DNA of 64,000 nucleotides, taken from assembly GCA_052327205.1 (NCBI GenBank), contig CM126202.1:179366001-179430000 (forward strand), written 5' to 3'. The notes beneath the pieces are model-generated. The model was not told the DNA's origin. It made no database searches and was given only the letters and a program-made list of their open reading frames with translations. Position 1 is the first letter of the stretch. Each line of letters begins with the position of its first letter. Source of the stretch: Somniosus microcephalus (Eukaryota). This document shows, piece by piece, positions 36,210-49,155 of this stretch. A program made the translations under genes and the position numbers.

Positions 36210-36930
36210 AGAACTGCTCACAGTACTCCAGGTGTGGTCTTACCAGGGTGTTGTATAACTGCAGCATAATTTCTACCCCCTTATATTCTTGTCCTCTAGA
36301 TATAAAGGCCAGCATTCCATTAGTCTTTTTGATTATTTTCTGTACCTGTCCATGACATTTTAATGATTTGTGTACCTGGACCCCCAAGTTCCTTTGGACC
36401 TCCGCTGTTTTTAGCCTTTCACCATTTAGAAAGTACCCTATTCTATTCTTTTTAGGTCCAAAGTGGATGACCTGACATTTGCCTACATTGAAATCCATTT
36501 GCCACAGTTTTGCCTAGTCACTTAATCTATCAATATCTCTGTAATTTTATGCCTTCATCTACATTGTCTACAATGCCGCCTATCTTTGTGTCATCGGCAA
36601 ATTTGGATATATGGCTTTCTATCCCATTATGTAAGTCGTTAATAAATACAGTGAATAGTTGAGGTTGCAACACAGATCCCTGCGGGACACCCATTAGTCA
36701 CATCCTGCCAACATCCTGCCAATTGGAATACCTGCCCATTATCCCTACTCTCTGTCTCCTGCTGCTCAGCCAGTTTCCTAACCAAGTCTGTAGTTTGCCT
36801 TCAATTCCATGGGCTTCAATCTTAGTTAGCAACCTCTTATGAGGGACTTTATCAAATGCCTTCTGGAAGTCCATATAAATAACATCCATGGATATTCCCC
36901 TCACCGCTACTTTAGTCACCTCTTCATATT
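36210..36930 (-). mobile_element. CR1 RT fragment
   Basis: YMDFQKAFDKVPHKRLL; LYNTLVRPHLEYC. Confidence 0.9.
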
Positions 36931-37109
36931 GGGACTCAGACCTCATTTAAATGCGGACACCTGCTGAGTGTCCCCAGGCAGCACAGGTTTCAAATTTCGA
37001 TCCTGGTGTCGGCTGCGTTTTTGCACAAGAGGCCTCAAACAGGTGTTACTCCCTTATTTTCATATGCAAAGGCCTAAAGCTTGTTTCAGGCGTGGGCCTG
37101 GGATGCCTT

Positions 37110-37760
37110 TTTTCCTGTACTAATATGGCATTCAGTGTACTTCCGACTTGTACACTGGGGAGACCAAACGCAGATTGGGTGACCCCTTTGCGGAACACCT
37201 CCATTCAGTCCATAAGCGTGACCCCGAGCTTCCGGTCACCTGTCACTTTAATTCTCTGCTCCACTCGCACCCTGGCCTCTCCGTCCTTGGCCTCTTACAC
37301 TGTTCCAATGAAGGTCAACACAAACTCGAGGAACAGCACCTCATCTTTTGATTAGGCACTTTACAGCCATCTGGACTTAACACCGAGTTCAACAATTTCA
37401 GACTATAACCTCGGCCCCCATGTTTTCTTTTCTCTCTCACATGGCAGCTGTTGATGATCCTGCCATTGCCATTTACACTTCATCCAGAGTCATCTTTTGT
37501 TTCTTAACTTGTCCCATTACCATCTCTTTTTGCCTTGCACCATCATCCCTTTTGTCTCTTAATCTCTCCTGCCTTCCATCCTATCACCGACTGTTCCTTT
37601 GTTCTTTCCTCCCCCCCCTTTCCCTGCCACCCCCCCCAATCTGTTACTTCTCCAACTTTTTCCAGTTCTGACGAAGGGCCATCGACCTGAAACGTTAACT
37701 CTATTTCTCTCCACAATGCTGCCTGACCTGCTGAGTATTTCCAGCATTTTCTGTTGTTGT
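37110..37760 (+). mobile_element. Penelope-like element 3' part (GIY-YIG endonuclease remnant and terminal repeat)
   Basis: YTGETKRRLGDPFAEHLHSV..VTCHFNS..LEEQHLIF*LGTLQPSGLN; TCTGACGAAGGG..GAAACGTTAAC terminal motif. Confidence 0.8.
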
Positions 37761-38453
37761 ATCTCTGTCTATCTCTATTCCTTAACTTGTTTCTTTGTTC
37801 TGCAATCTCTCTTTACCTCCAATATCTGTCTATCTCTGTCTCCCGACCTCAGTTTTCCTGTTCTCCAATCTGTGTACGATCCCAATATGTTTGTCTTTCT
37901 ACATTCCTATTGTATCATTTTCTGGCCCATAGTAAGTTGATTACAGCTTTAATCAACCAGTGGCCCACAAACAGGCTGCAGATCATTTAGATTTAAAACA
38001 TTTCTCAGGCGAATGGAGGTTGTGGGGACAAACAGCCTGAGAACAGGTTGCAGATAGGCCAACCGGCGGGACTAGAGCATTGGTGGTAGTGAGAAAAGTT
38101 TAATCAAAGAAGATACCCAGACAAGTGGTCCAAGAATGCAATATGGGTTAGTGGACTGGTGGGGACAATGCAGAGGTGCTGAGAAGCATCAAGAAAAGCA
38201 GTCGAATGGAGTAATGAAACCTGAAGGGAGGGAAAAAAACAAAGAAAGCAATATTTAAAGGAACAGATAAAGTGATAAAGTGAAAAAGAGTGTAAATATA
38301 AAACTAGCACCTTGCCAGCTGATCTGACACTTACCTGGAAAAACTGAAAACCAATATGGCTGCAATTTCTTTTCTCAAACAAAACTCAACAGTGTCACCC
38401 AGTGGCCAATGTTGGAACTGCATACAGACTGAAAGGTTTATTCAGCATACTTT

Positions 38454-39146
38454 CGGCTGAAAATTCAGTAGCCTTAGCACCTCATTTGAGGCGCTAGAGG
38501 GCCTTGCGCCAGAGTTATGGCCAGTAGTGAAATTCCCTGGGGCCCTAAATCGGCGTTGCTCCGGTAGCGCTGCGCCGGCACCGATGACGTCATCGGTGTG
38601 CGCAGCGTCCTGGTTGCCGTGGTAACCCGCCCGAACTCCGAAATTGAGTTGCGGCCGCCTCGCCCGTGGCAGCCGCAACCAGCGTTTTGTCAGAGGTGCC
38701 TTACTGCAGTTAGCGCCGGCGCATTAAAGGCCCCGCGGCGGCCGGCCGCTTTCCCGCCGGCCGCCTGCCCGCAGCTCCCTCCCCGGACTTCTCTCCCCCC
38801 CCCCCCCCCCCACCGGAACAGATGCAAGCCCGGCACTTGTCCGAGGTGCCGGGCTCATTTTTAAGCAGATTTGCGCGGGCCGCGGCCGGGTGCAGGCAGC
38901 TCCTCCTTAACGGAAGGAGGAGGCCTGCACTTCCCCAGCCTGCCGCACCGCATCGGGTGCCGCAGCGCCGGAATTGCGGCGCGAAACGGCAGTTAGCGCC
39001 CTTTTCCAGGCGCTAAGACCCTTCAGTAGCGCCGGCAGCCGTTTGGGCGCGGCGCCACTGAATTTTTGGCGCGCGCAGGGGACTTAGCGCCGGCACTAAT
39101 TTCCGGCGCTAAAGCCCTGGCTAAGCCAAAACCCAATTTCTAGGCC
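38454..39146. mobile_element. Harbinger-type MITE family A
   Basis: CGGCTGAAAATTCAGT / CCAATTTCTAGGCC; TTT duplication; shares GATGACGTCATCGGTGTGCGCAGCG. Confidence 0.87.
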
Positions 39147-39150
39147 TTTA

Positions 39151-41175
39151 TCTATATATATAAAGCGGCTCTTCTGTCTGTCCCGATGTCTGTCTGTCCC
39201 GATGTCTGTCTGTCTGTCTGTCCGTGTTCTATACGTTTGAAAGTTACAGAGCGTACCGACGCGCGCGTCGCCTCAAAAGAAAGCTTGCGATTCCGGACCG
39301 GTCATAGGCGTATTTACGTTTCGGCCGGACAAAAATCCCGCCCGCGGTATCCCAAAAACGTTCAGCGTTCCGCTCATTAGCATCTCATTAGCGACCGTGT
39401 GACGTCGAGGTCGACCAATCGGACGGCGGGTTCCTTCCTACAGTTGAGTGTCGAGTGACTCGACGATTGACCAATCCTACGCTTCGGTGACCTGACCGGT
39501 CGACCAATCGGTGCGTGTGTGGGCGGGCCTTATCCTTCTGAACCGAGGTGAGTGGCCGCCATCTTGATTTTTCACGATTTTTTCCCCACACTTTCAGTGT
39601 GTTAGGGAAGTAAGGTAAATATTTGAATTATGTGTTAGGGAATTAATTAACAATTTATTTGAGTTTTATATTGTGTTTAGCAACCCCCCCCCCTCCTCCT
39701 CACCCTCGCGCAGGGGGGACTCGGGGCCTGAAGCTCAAAAAATTTCTCTCTCTCTCTCTCTTTCTTCCCTCTCTCTCTCTCCTTCTCCTCTTCCCTCGCT
39801 CTCCTTCTCCTCTTCCCTCTCTCCTCTTCCCTCTCTCTCCTTCTCCTCTTCCCTGTCTCTCTCTACTTCCCCCTCTCAGGTTTCACGGTGTCGGGGCCGT
39901 AGCGCGGGCGGGCCGCCCGAAGTTTCCCGCTCGCTAACGGCCGCCAGGCCGCCTCGCGTCGCCCGCACTGACCGCGCATGCGCCGCCCGCACTGACCGCG
40001 CATGCGCCGCCCGCACTGACCGCGCATGCGCCGCCCGCGAGAGCCCGCTCCCGGCGCCAGCCGCCGCTCAGCATTCCTCGTCTGTGCCGAGTTAGCTGTT
40101 CCCAGCTGGTGGGGGAGCAAGATCGGTGTCCTTGATGGAGACGGGGTCGTGGGGGGAGACAGTGATTACACGGGGGAGGGGAGACAGTGATTACACGGTG
40201 GGGGGGGAGACAGTGATTACACGGGGGGGGGGGGAGACAGTGATTACACGGGGGGAGACAGTGATTACATGGGGGGGAGACATTGATTACACGGGGGGAG
40301 ACAGTGATTACACGGGGGGAGACAGTGATTACACGGGGGGGGAGACAGTGATTACACGGGGGGGGAGACAGTGATTACACGGGGGGGAGACAGTGATTAC
40401 ACGGGGGGGAGACAGTGATTACACGGGGGAGACAGTGATTACACGGGGGGAGACAGTGATTACACGGGGGGGAGACAGTGATTACACGGGGGGAGTCAGT
40501 GATTACACGGGGAGGAGACAGTGATTACACGGGGGGGGAGACAGTGATTACACGGGGGGGGAGACAGTGATTACACGAGTGGGGAGTGTGAGGGGGGGAG
40601 TGTGAGTGAGAGGGGGAGGGAGTGTGGGGGGGGAGTGTGAGGGAGGGGGGGGGGGAGTGTGAGGGAGAGGGGGGAGTGAGGGAGGGGGGGGGGAGAGGGG
40701 GAGCTCTCTTCCCCCCCCAGTCGCGCTCTCTCTTTCCCCCCCACTCGCTCTCACTCTCTCTCCCCCCCAGTCTCTCTCTCTCTTTCCCCCCCCGCTCGCT
40801 CTCTCTCTTTCCCCCCCGCTCGCTCTCTCTCTTTCCCCCCGCTCGCTCTCTCTCTTTCCCCCCGCTCGCTCTCTCTCTTTCCCCCCGCTCGCTCTCTCTC
40901 TTACCCCCCCGCTCGCTCTCTCTCTTACCCCCCCGCTCGCTCTCTCTCTTACCCCCCGCTCGCTCTCTCTCTTTTCCCCCCGCTCGCTCTCTCTCTTTCC
41001 CCCCGCCCCGCTCTCTCTCTCTCTCTTTCCCCCCGCCCCGCTCTCTCTCTCTCTCTTTCCCCCCCCCCCGCTCTCTCTCTCTCTTTTCCCCCCCCCCGCC
41101 CCTCGCTCGCTCTCTCTCTTCCAACAACAACATGCCCTCGAAAAAGCCTCGGCAACGCCGGGCTCCCCCAGCTAG
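39151..41175 (+). mobile_element. Non-autonomous Helitron, same family as 23201-24686
   Basis: A|TCTATATATATAAAG start; GCCTCGGCAACGCCGGGC hairpin then CTAG|T; shared TTCCAACAACAACATGCCCTC. Confidence 0.88.
40151..40576 (+). repeat. Minisatellite (G)nAGACAGTGATTACAC, about 19 copies
   Basis: Unit of about 21-24 bp with variable G run, inside the Helitron. Confidence 0.93.
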
Positions 41176-41665
41176 TTACACTATAAAATAGCAGCTATGG
41201 TGTGACACCAGGCATGTGACAGAAGCTGTGATGCCATTAACACTGTCATGACAGGCTATTAGACCTTCATATTCAGTGCAGGGAATTAACTTTACAGACC
41301 CCCTAATTTCCAAATCTCTATATTATAATTTTTGTTTCAGGTGGGGATGGGAGGTGTGTTCTGGAAAGGACATTTCCTCACTGGTGCTCAAGGATAATTC
41401 AGAGGCGTCCTGACACAAAAATAGGACAGATGTAAATAGTCATTTAGCAGTAAGCTGTAACACCTAAACAATGTTGATTGTTTATTTTGGAGTGTGCGCT
41501 TTAAGTCAACAGCAAAACCAATGTAAATAGCATTAAGATTACCCTAAGGACTGTGATACTTGCACAATTAACCCATCACTGAAGAAACATGCTTCAGTGT
41601 TAATCTGTGATTTTATATGGGCTGAAAGGAGCGTTATCTGATTTCTTTCTGCATTTATCTCACAG

Positions 41666-41825
41666 TAGCAGCACTGCAGAGGAATTCAAATTGGAGGCAT
41701 CCTGCAATAATGAATGTCGCTGCATGCGTTCATTCTACAACCCAGTCTGTGACGTTGATAATGTCCAGTATTTTTCTGCATGCTATGCAGGTTGCACTAA
41801 TACAACAGTAGCAGGTAACCCTCAG
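41666..41825 (+). CDS. SLCO4C1: SLCO4C1-like exon (160 bp, Kazal-like loop)
   Basis: cacag|SSTAEEFKLEASCNNECRCMRSFYNPVCDVDNVQYFSACYAGC..GNPQ|gtagg. Confidence 0.93.
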
Positions 41826-41945
41826 GTAGGTCCCTCTAACTTAAAGATAGTTTACCAGTATCTTTGATTAGCTAATTCATCAAACTTAAATTACCTCATG
41901 ATTACGCAAATGGTACGCTGCAACATAACAAAATAGTGGGGACAT

Positions 41946-44900
41946 TGTAGGAACACGGGTTCCTAACTTAAAGACTGAGTTCTACTCAGGCGATCAAACA
42001 AAACGAACTTTAATGAAACAAACAGGTTTTAACAAGAAACTGCAGGATAAAATCGAATGTAGGTCTGCTCTCTCTGGAGGCTCCACGAGGACTGTCCCTG
42101 CAGTCCCGTGGCTGACGTCATGACGTCATCACATTCTCCCGCCAGTGGGGAATCACGTGATGAACAGCGTGATGTCATCACGTTTTAGCCGCGCTGTTAA
42201 AGTAACCACGCTCTGTACAGTTAAACAGCATAAATAAAGATACAGACTCAGGCTGTAGCTAACATGTTGTTAAAGGAATTATATACAAACGATCTGAGTC
42301 CTTTGGTGGCTCCGCCATATGCGCCCCCCCAAAATTGTCTTTAACAGCAAAAGTGAGGCGTCGAGGAGGCCTGACAAGTCTGTCCGAGCGACTTCGGTAA
42401 CCCTGCAGAGGAAGCTGATGGACGGTGGTCGAGCTGGCGGGCGGTTGTGGTTGAGCTGGCGTGGCGAGTGTGGTCGAGCTGGCGGGCGGCTGTGGTTGAT
42501 CTGGCACGGCGGCTGCGGGCGGTCGGCCACGTTTCGGCGGCTGAGCGATGACGACTGGGCGGTCCAGGTCCAAGTGAGCTGGCTTCAACCGGTCCACCGA
42601 AATGTGATCCGGCTTTCCTCCGATGGCGACCGAAAAGGATTTGTCTCCTGATTCGATGACGCGGAAAGGACCAGTGTAAGGGGGCTTGAGCGGATCCCGG
42701 TGAGCATCGTGGCGGATAAATACGTACTCGGCGTTCTTCAGCTCCGCTGGCACGTGGGAGCTCTGTAGGCCGTGATTTGATGTAGGCACCGGAGCGAAGC
42801 ATCTGGCCGCTTCCTGGTGGCTGACGAGTTGCTGGGAGGCGGACCACGGCTCTGTGGGAGAAGGGAGGAAATCCCCATGTACTCGGAGCGGCTGGCCATA
42901 AACGAGTTCTGCCGAGGACGATTGCAGGTCTTCTTTGGGCGCCGTACGGAGACCCAAAAGGACCCATGGGAGTCTGTCCACCCATCCCGCACCTTGAAGA
43001 CTGGCCCGTAATGCGGCTTTAAGCGACCTGTGGAATCGCTCGCACAGGCCGTTCGCCTGTGGATGATAGGCGGTGGTGCGATGAAGTTTGGTGCCGAGCC
43101 CCTGAGCTACAGCGTTCCAGAGCTCCGAGGAAGATTGTGGCCCACGATCGGAGGAGATGTTCGCCGGTACCCCGAAACAAGCAACCCAACAGGAGATGAA
43201 AGCTCTCACGACGTCTGCCGAAGTGGTGCAAACCAAAGGAATTGCCTCTGGCCACCTAGTGGTGCGGTCCACCATGGTGAGGAGATGCGTATAACCATGG
43301 GAAGGCGGAAGTGGCCCCACAAGGTCCACATGCACGTGGTCGAAACGACGCTCCGGAACAACGAACGTAGCCACCGGAGCTTTTACGTGACGCTAGACCT
43401 TGGCCTTCTGGCAGACCACGCAGGTGTTGGCCCAGTCACGGACATCGAGGTGCATACCCTTCCAGACGAACTTCGCCGACATTAGCCATTGTGAAGCCTT
43501 CATACCAGGGTGCGACAACCTGTGTATGGCGTCAAACACCTTCCGGCGCCATGCGACTGGGACGATAGGTCGGGGAACGCCCATGGAGACGTCGCAAAGG
43601 AGCGTGGTGCCTGCGGCCTGGAAACTGACGTCGGTCGCTTGGAAACTAGAGGGGACGGTTCTGTATGATTGGACCTCTGGGTCCGAGGCCTGATCAGCAG
43701 CCATGAGGGCGTAGTCGATCCCAAGGTGAACCGCATGGACCGTCGCGCAGGAGAGGCAATCCGCTGCCAGGTTGTCTTTACCAGACACATGTTGAATGTC
43801 CGTGGTAAATTCAGAAATAAATGTCAGGTGACGTTGTTGATGAGCTGACCACGGTTCGGCAGTCTTGGCCATGGCGAACGTTAGAGGCTTGTGGTCGACA
43901 AAAGCCATGAAGGGACGTCCTTCTAATAAGAACCGGAAATGGCGAATGGCTAGAAAAAGGGCCAGCAACTCCCGATCGAAGGTGCTGTATTTTCTTTCAT
44001 TTCTCCGTAGTTGATGGCTGAAAAATGCCAGCGGTTGCCATGTGCCGTTCACCCACTGTGCCGATGGCGTAGTCTGATGCGTCTGTGGTAAGGGCGATGG
44101 TGGCACCTGGAAGTGGGTGCACCAGCACGGTTGCGTTGGCCAAAGCGCTCTTGGTGTTGACGAACGCCTGGTCCATCTCAGCCGTCCAGCTGATTGGATC
44201 CTTACCGGACTTGCCCTTGAGGGCCCCGTACAAAGGCTGCATAAGCTGAGCTGCCTTAGGGACAAATCGGTGATAGAAATTGACCATCCCCAGGAACTCT
44301 TGCAGGGCCTTGATGGTTGGCGGGTGCAGGAAAGAGGTAACAGCTTCCACCTTCGTCAGTAAGGGGACGGCGCCGTCTGATGTTATGCGGTGGCCCAAGA
44401 AATCGATCCGCTGCAGGCCGAACTGGCACTTGGCCGGGTTGATGATCAAACCGTGCTGACTGAGGCATGTAAAGAGGGTATGCAAATGGCAGATGTGCTC
44501 TTCCTTGCTAGCGCTGGCGATGAGAATGACATCGAGGTAGACGAAGATGAAGTTTAGGTCTCGGAGCATGGAGTCCATCAAGCGCTGGAAAGCCTGTGCC
44601 GCATGCTTCAAGCCAAACGGCATCTGCAGGAACTCAAAAAGGCCGAAAGGGGTGATGACTGCGGTTTTTGGGACGTCTTGCGGGTGCATGGGAACCTGGT
44701 GATACCCCCGGACGAGGTCGACTTTAGAAAAGATAGAATTTCCCACCAAATGGGCCGAGAAATCCTTAATATGCGGGATCGGGTACGGATCAGGAGTAGT
44801 GGCGTCGTTCAGGCGTCGTTAGTCACCGCATGGCTGCCAGCCGCCGCCCGGTTTCGGAACAATGTGGCGAGGCGAAGACCAGGGACTATTCGACTGGCGA

Positions 44901-46563
44901 ATAATCCCCAGCCGCTCCATCGTGTCGAACTCCGCTTTCGCAGCCGTGAGCTTGCCGTGTTCAAGCCTTCTAGCCCGTGCATAAACCGGGGAGCCAGTAG
45001 TGGTGATATGATGTTCAACACCATGCTTTGTGGCCGAGGAGGAGAAAGTGGGACTGGTCAGCTCCAGGAACTCTCCGAGGAGCCGAGTGAAGTCATCCGG
45101 AGAAGGGAACGCGCAGGCGATAGAGCGCGCCACGGTGGTACCATGGTGGCACGGAATCGAGTGGAAGGTGGCCGCGTTGATCAACCGGCGGTGCCGGACA
45201 TTGACGAGGAGGCCGTTGGCACACAGAAAATCTGCCCCTCGGATGGCCTGTGAGACCGTGGCCATGACGAATTCCCAATGGAAGCGCTGAGCGCCGAAAC
45301 AGACTTGGACCCGCCGCTTTCGGAAAGTACGAATGGCTGCGCCATTAGCCGCCACGAGGGAAAAACCGTGGTTTCCAGCTTGCATATCGAGATTCGACGC
45401 AGGTAGGATGCTACACTGCGCCCCGGTGTCACAAAGGAAACGATAGGGAATCGGTGATGTAAAGAAGTTTCCCCGAAGATCCGATGGCCATCGCAGCCGT
45501 GGCGCGCCCGTTAGACCCGGTCCTCCTTCGCCAGGAATGCTGCAGGAGCTTTGTTGGTTTTTTGGGCAAAAAGCTGCAGGGAGAGCCGCAGCATCGTGCT
45601 TTCGCGCCAAAACGGGCGTGGTAGGAGCACCAGCCCGCTGCAAGAGGAGCTGGAGCCGCGTCTGTGGAGGATGGGCGCCTCGTGGCAGCACAGCACTGCT
45701 GGGTTACTGTGAAAATCTTATCGGCTTCGGCAGCAGCAGCCTGCACCTGCTCCGGCAGTTGGCAGAGGAATAGCTCCCGGAAGAGGAAGCATTCTGGTTC
45801 GGCACCTAAGAGCGTGAGCATTTGGCTCATGAGCTCGGACGGTTTGGAGTCCCCGAGGCCGGGCATAGCGAGGAGCCAGCGAGCGCATTCTGACTTCGAG
45901 AGCCCGAAGACTTGTAGCAACCGCGCCTTTAACGTATCATACTTGCGGTCAGTAGGAGGACTACCGAGGAGGCTGATGATCCGCAAGGCAGTGGCGCTAT
46001 CGAGGGTGGAGACCACGTAGTAATAACGGGTCTGATCCGCGACGATGTTCCTGATGGCAAACTGGGCTTCAGCCTGGATAAACCACGCGGCTGGTTGTTG
46101 CTCCCAGAACTGTGGCAGTTTCAGAGTCACGGCGTTCGTGTCCATGCTGAAGATCTTTCGCGAAAACCGTTCACGAAAGTCGGGGTCACCAATGTAGGAA
46201 CGCGGGTTCCTAACTAAAAGACTGAGTTCTACTCAGGCGATCAAACAAAATGAACTTTAATGAAACAAACAGGTTTTAACAAGAAACTGCAGGATAACAT
46301 CGAATGTAGGTCTGCTCTCTCTGGAGGCTCCACGAGGACTGTCCCTGCAGTCCCGTGGCTGACATCATGACGTCATCACGTTTTCCCGCCAGTGGGGAAT
46401 CACGTGATGAACGGCATGACATCACGTTTTAGCCACGCTGTTAAAGTAACCACGCTCTGTACAGTTAAACAGCATAAATAAAGATACAGACTCAGGCTGT
46501 AGCTAACATGTTGTTAAAGGAATTATATACAAACGATCTGAGTCCTTTGGTGGCTCCGCCACA
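41946..46563 (-). mobile_element. Full-length Ty3/Gypsy LTR retrotransposon (frameshifted)
   Basis: LTRs 41946-42319 and 46193-46563; ACAT TSD on both sides; PBS TGGTGACCCCGAC on -; PPT at 42320-42330. Confidence 0.96.
42259..46145 (-). pseudogene. Gypsy gag-pol with frameshifts and stops
   Basis: MDTNAVTLKLPQFW, FLCDTGAQCS, VDLVRGYHQ, YLDVIL, HVDLVGPLP, PPYTGPF. Confidence 0.92.
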
Positions 46564-47069
46564 ACATAATTGTTTAGAAATTTTGATTTCCACTCTTGGG
46601 CAAGAAGAAAAAATATTTGGAGGCATATTAAGTAAAGAACAATTCATCCTAAATAAATTCTACTGTCATGCAGGGGTGTGATTTATGCGCCAATGCAAGT
46701 GATACTTTGTTACTTAGATACACAGCATAAAAGCCATAGGTGCAAATGTTAACTGGTGTGCTGCTGTGTACACCAGTTTTTGCAGTAAATAAAACAAAAC
46801 ATAGTGACCTGGATTTACCACGATAGGCTGGTAATAGGTTCAACACAATTGCTGCCAGCAGAGAACTCTGCCCACACAGGGTTTTGTAATTTTACACTCC
46901 AACGGTAATCATCAAATTTAAATATGCAAATATACTTCATCGGGCAGACTTGACCATTTAACATAACAGAAATGACCATTTAAAAAGTGTGGCTCAGTCA
47001 GTAAATACACCACATCTTGTGTACTAAGCTGTACAGACTAGAATATACAGACCAGGATATATTTGCCTT

Positions 47070-47998
47070 GGGTGGGTTGCAATGAAGGTTCAACAGATTG
47101 ATTCCTGAGATGAGAGGGTTGTCCTATGAGGAGAGATTGAATAGAATGGGCCTATACTCTCTAGAGTTTAGAAGAATGAGATGTGATCTCATTAAACATA
47201 TAAAATTCTGAGAGGGCTTGACATGGTAGATGCTAGGAGGCATATTCTCAGGCTAAGGGGTAGGCCATTTAGGACTGAGATGAGGAGAAATTTCTTCACT
47301 CAGAGGGTTGTGAATCTTTGGAATTCTCTACCCCAGAGGGCTGTGGATGCTCAGTCGTTAAGTATATTCAAGACAGAGATCGCTAGATTTTTAGGTACTA
47401 AACATTGACAAACCGGTCCGATGGTAGTGGGTTATCGTTGATATTTGCTTACAAAGTTGGCCGGTCCGATGGTAGTGGGTTATCGTTGATATTTGCTTAC
47501 AAAGTACACTTCCTCCCACCCCGCTTCCTGTAAGGACTCTCTTCCAGTTCTGATGAAGGGTCCCAGACCTGAAACGTTAACTCTGTCTCTCTCTCCACGG
47601 ATGCTGCCTGGCCTGCTGAGTATTTCCAGCATTTTCTGTTATTTCAGATTTCCAGCATCCACAGTATTGTGCAAATGTAATTGTAAATTCTGTTGCCATT
47701 TACAGCTGCTCTAGATCCATCTTTTGTTTCTTTTCTTGTACCATTACCATCCCCTTTTGCCTTGCACCATCATCCCCTTTGTCAATTAATCACTCCTGCC
47801 CTCCACCCTATCACAGGCCTTCCCTTTTCGTTCTTTCCTCCCCTCCCCCTTGAGATTGATAGAGTTTTGCACTCTAAGGGAATCAAGGGATATGGAGATA
47901 GGGCGGGAAAGTGGAATTGAGGTCGAAGATCATATTGAATGGTGGAGCAGGCTCGAGGGGTTGTATGGCCTAATCCTGCTCCTAACTCTTATGTCCTT
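47070..47998 (+). mobile_element. CR1 3' fragment interrupted by Y-RNA-like and Penelope-derived sequence
   Basis: GRPFRTEMRRNFFTQRVV to 47400; resumes EIDRVLHSKGIKGYG at 47851; Penelope terminal motif 47540-47670. Confidence 0.8.
47413..47520 (+). ncRNA. Y-RNA-derived pseudogene, 5' part duplicated in tandem
   Basis: GGCCGGTCCGATGGTAGTGGGTTATC at 47459 matches the recalled Y4 5' end GGCUGGUCCGAUGGUAGUGGGUUAUC; 45-bp copies at 47413 and 47461; CCTCCCAC partner strand; no poly-T terminator. Confidence 0.75.
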
Positions 47999-49155
47999 GT
48001 AGAAGGTCTCGGGTTTGATCCCTACCTTGTGGTGAGTTAGGTGATCTTGGCTGGGATAGCTGGGACAACCTCAAGGTTCTACAGAGGCATCACTTGGCTA
48101 GGGAGAGAAAAATCAGCCAAGGAGCCAAGGTTATCCAGTAACCCCTGCTGAAAGTACAAGATTTCGAAAGCCAGTTGGGAACCGGATTAGATTTGAATGT
48201 GAAGCTTCGGCAAAAAATAAAAAGGGAGAGAGAGTAGTTTTGAATTATGGTGTGAAGAGACCCGGTAACATCTGGATATATACCAATATCAACGTGGCAT
48301 GATGGTAAAAATCAGGTGATCGGGTGATCATTCTCTTCCATTTAGACTGATTCTTCCCCCAAGTCTCACCTTAGTTTCCCTTTGCCAGTTCCAGAGAGAG
48401 GGAAACATGTAAAACACGATGTAGCTTGATATTTTTTCACTACTGCAGTTTAAAATTTACAGAAATGACATTATTGCAGTACAAGAGACAGACAAAGATG
48501 AGTATGCAGGGGGAAAAACGTAACGCATTTGAAGTTGGAAAATTAGAAAGATTCAGGGAGGGAGTGAAATTTAGAAAAGTAAAGCCCAACCAAGACAAGG
48601 GAAAGTTGCGGTAGGAATTGAAAGAAGATATTGGGAACAAGAGAAAACTGTGAATCAGGAAATGGTAGCAGAGAGTGGGGATGAAAGATGGACTTCTTCG
48701 ACTATAGTTTTTTGCCTGATAAATGTTGGAAAACAAATTGATAGGCCAGGGTATTTTCTATATGACTCTGGTGACTTTCAATATGATATAATTTGCTTCG
48801 ATGCTGGAAAAAGCAGGAAGCTTTATAGTCCAGACCATTGCCATTTAAAATACATTCTGCTGTTTAAAGCAAAATTCTATAAACAATAGCAAATAAAGTT
48901 AAGTTTATATGTATTATACGGAATAGTAGACTAGGGAGTGCATTCCGAGCCGCATATACATTTCAGAATTTGCTGTCACTGTTTATGATGATGTTGTCTT
49001 GCCCGCTCTGTGCCACAGCCTTGTAATGCATCTCAGACTGGGTCACTTATTGAAATGTCTTTATTAACAAAATGAAAATATAGCTGTCAGGTACATAGCA
49101 AAGTAATGTTATACAGGTATGTAAACTAAAAAATTAATGTCATCAGTGACCTATT

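Noticed and set aside
40525-41191. ER-rich and SL-rich ORFs
   Set aside because: CT microsatellite within the Helitron.
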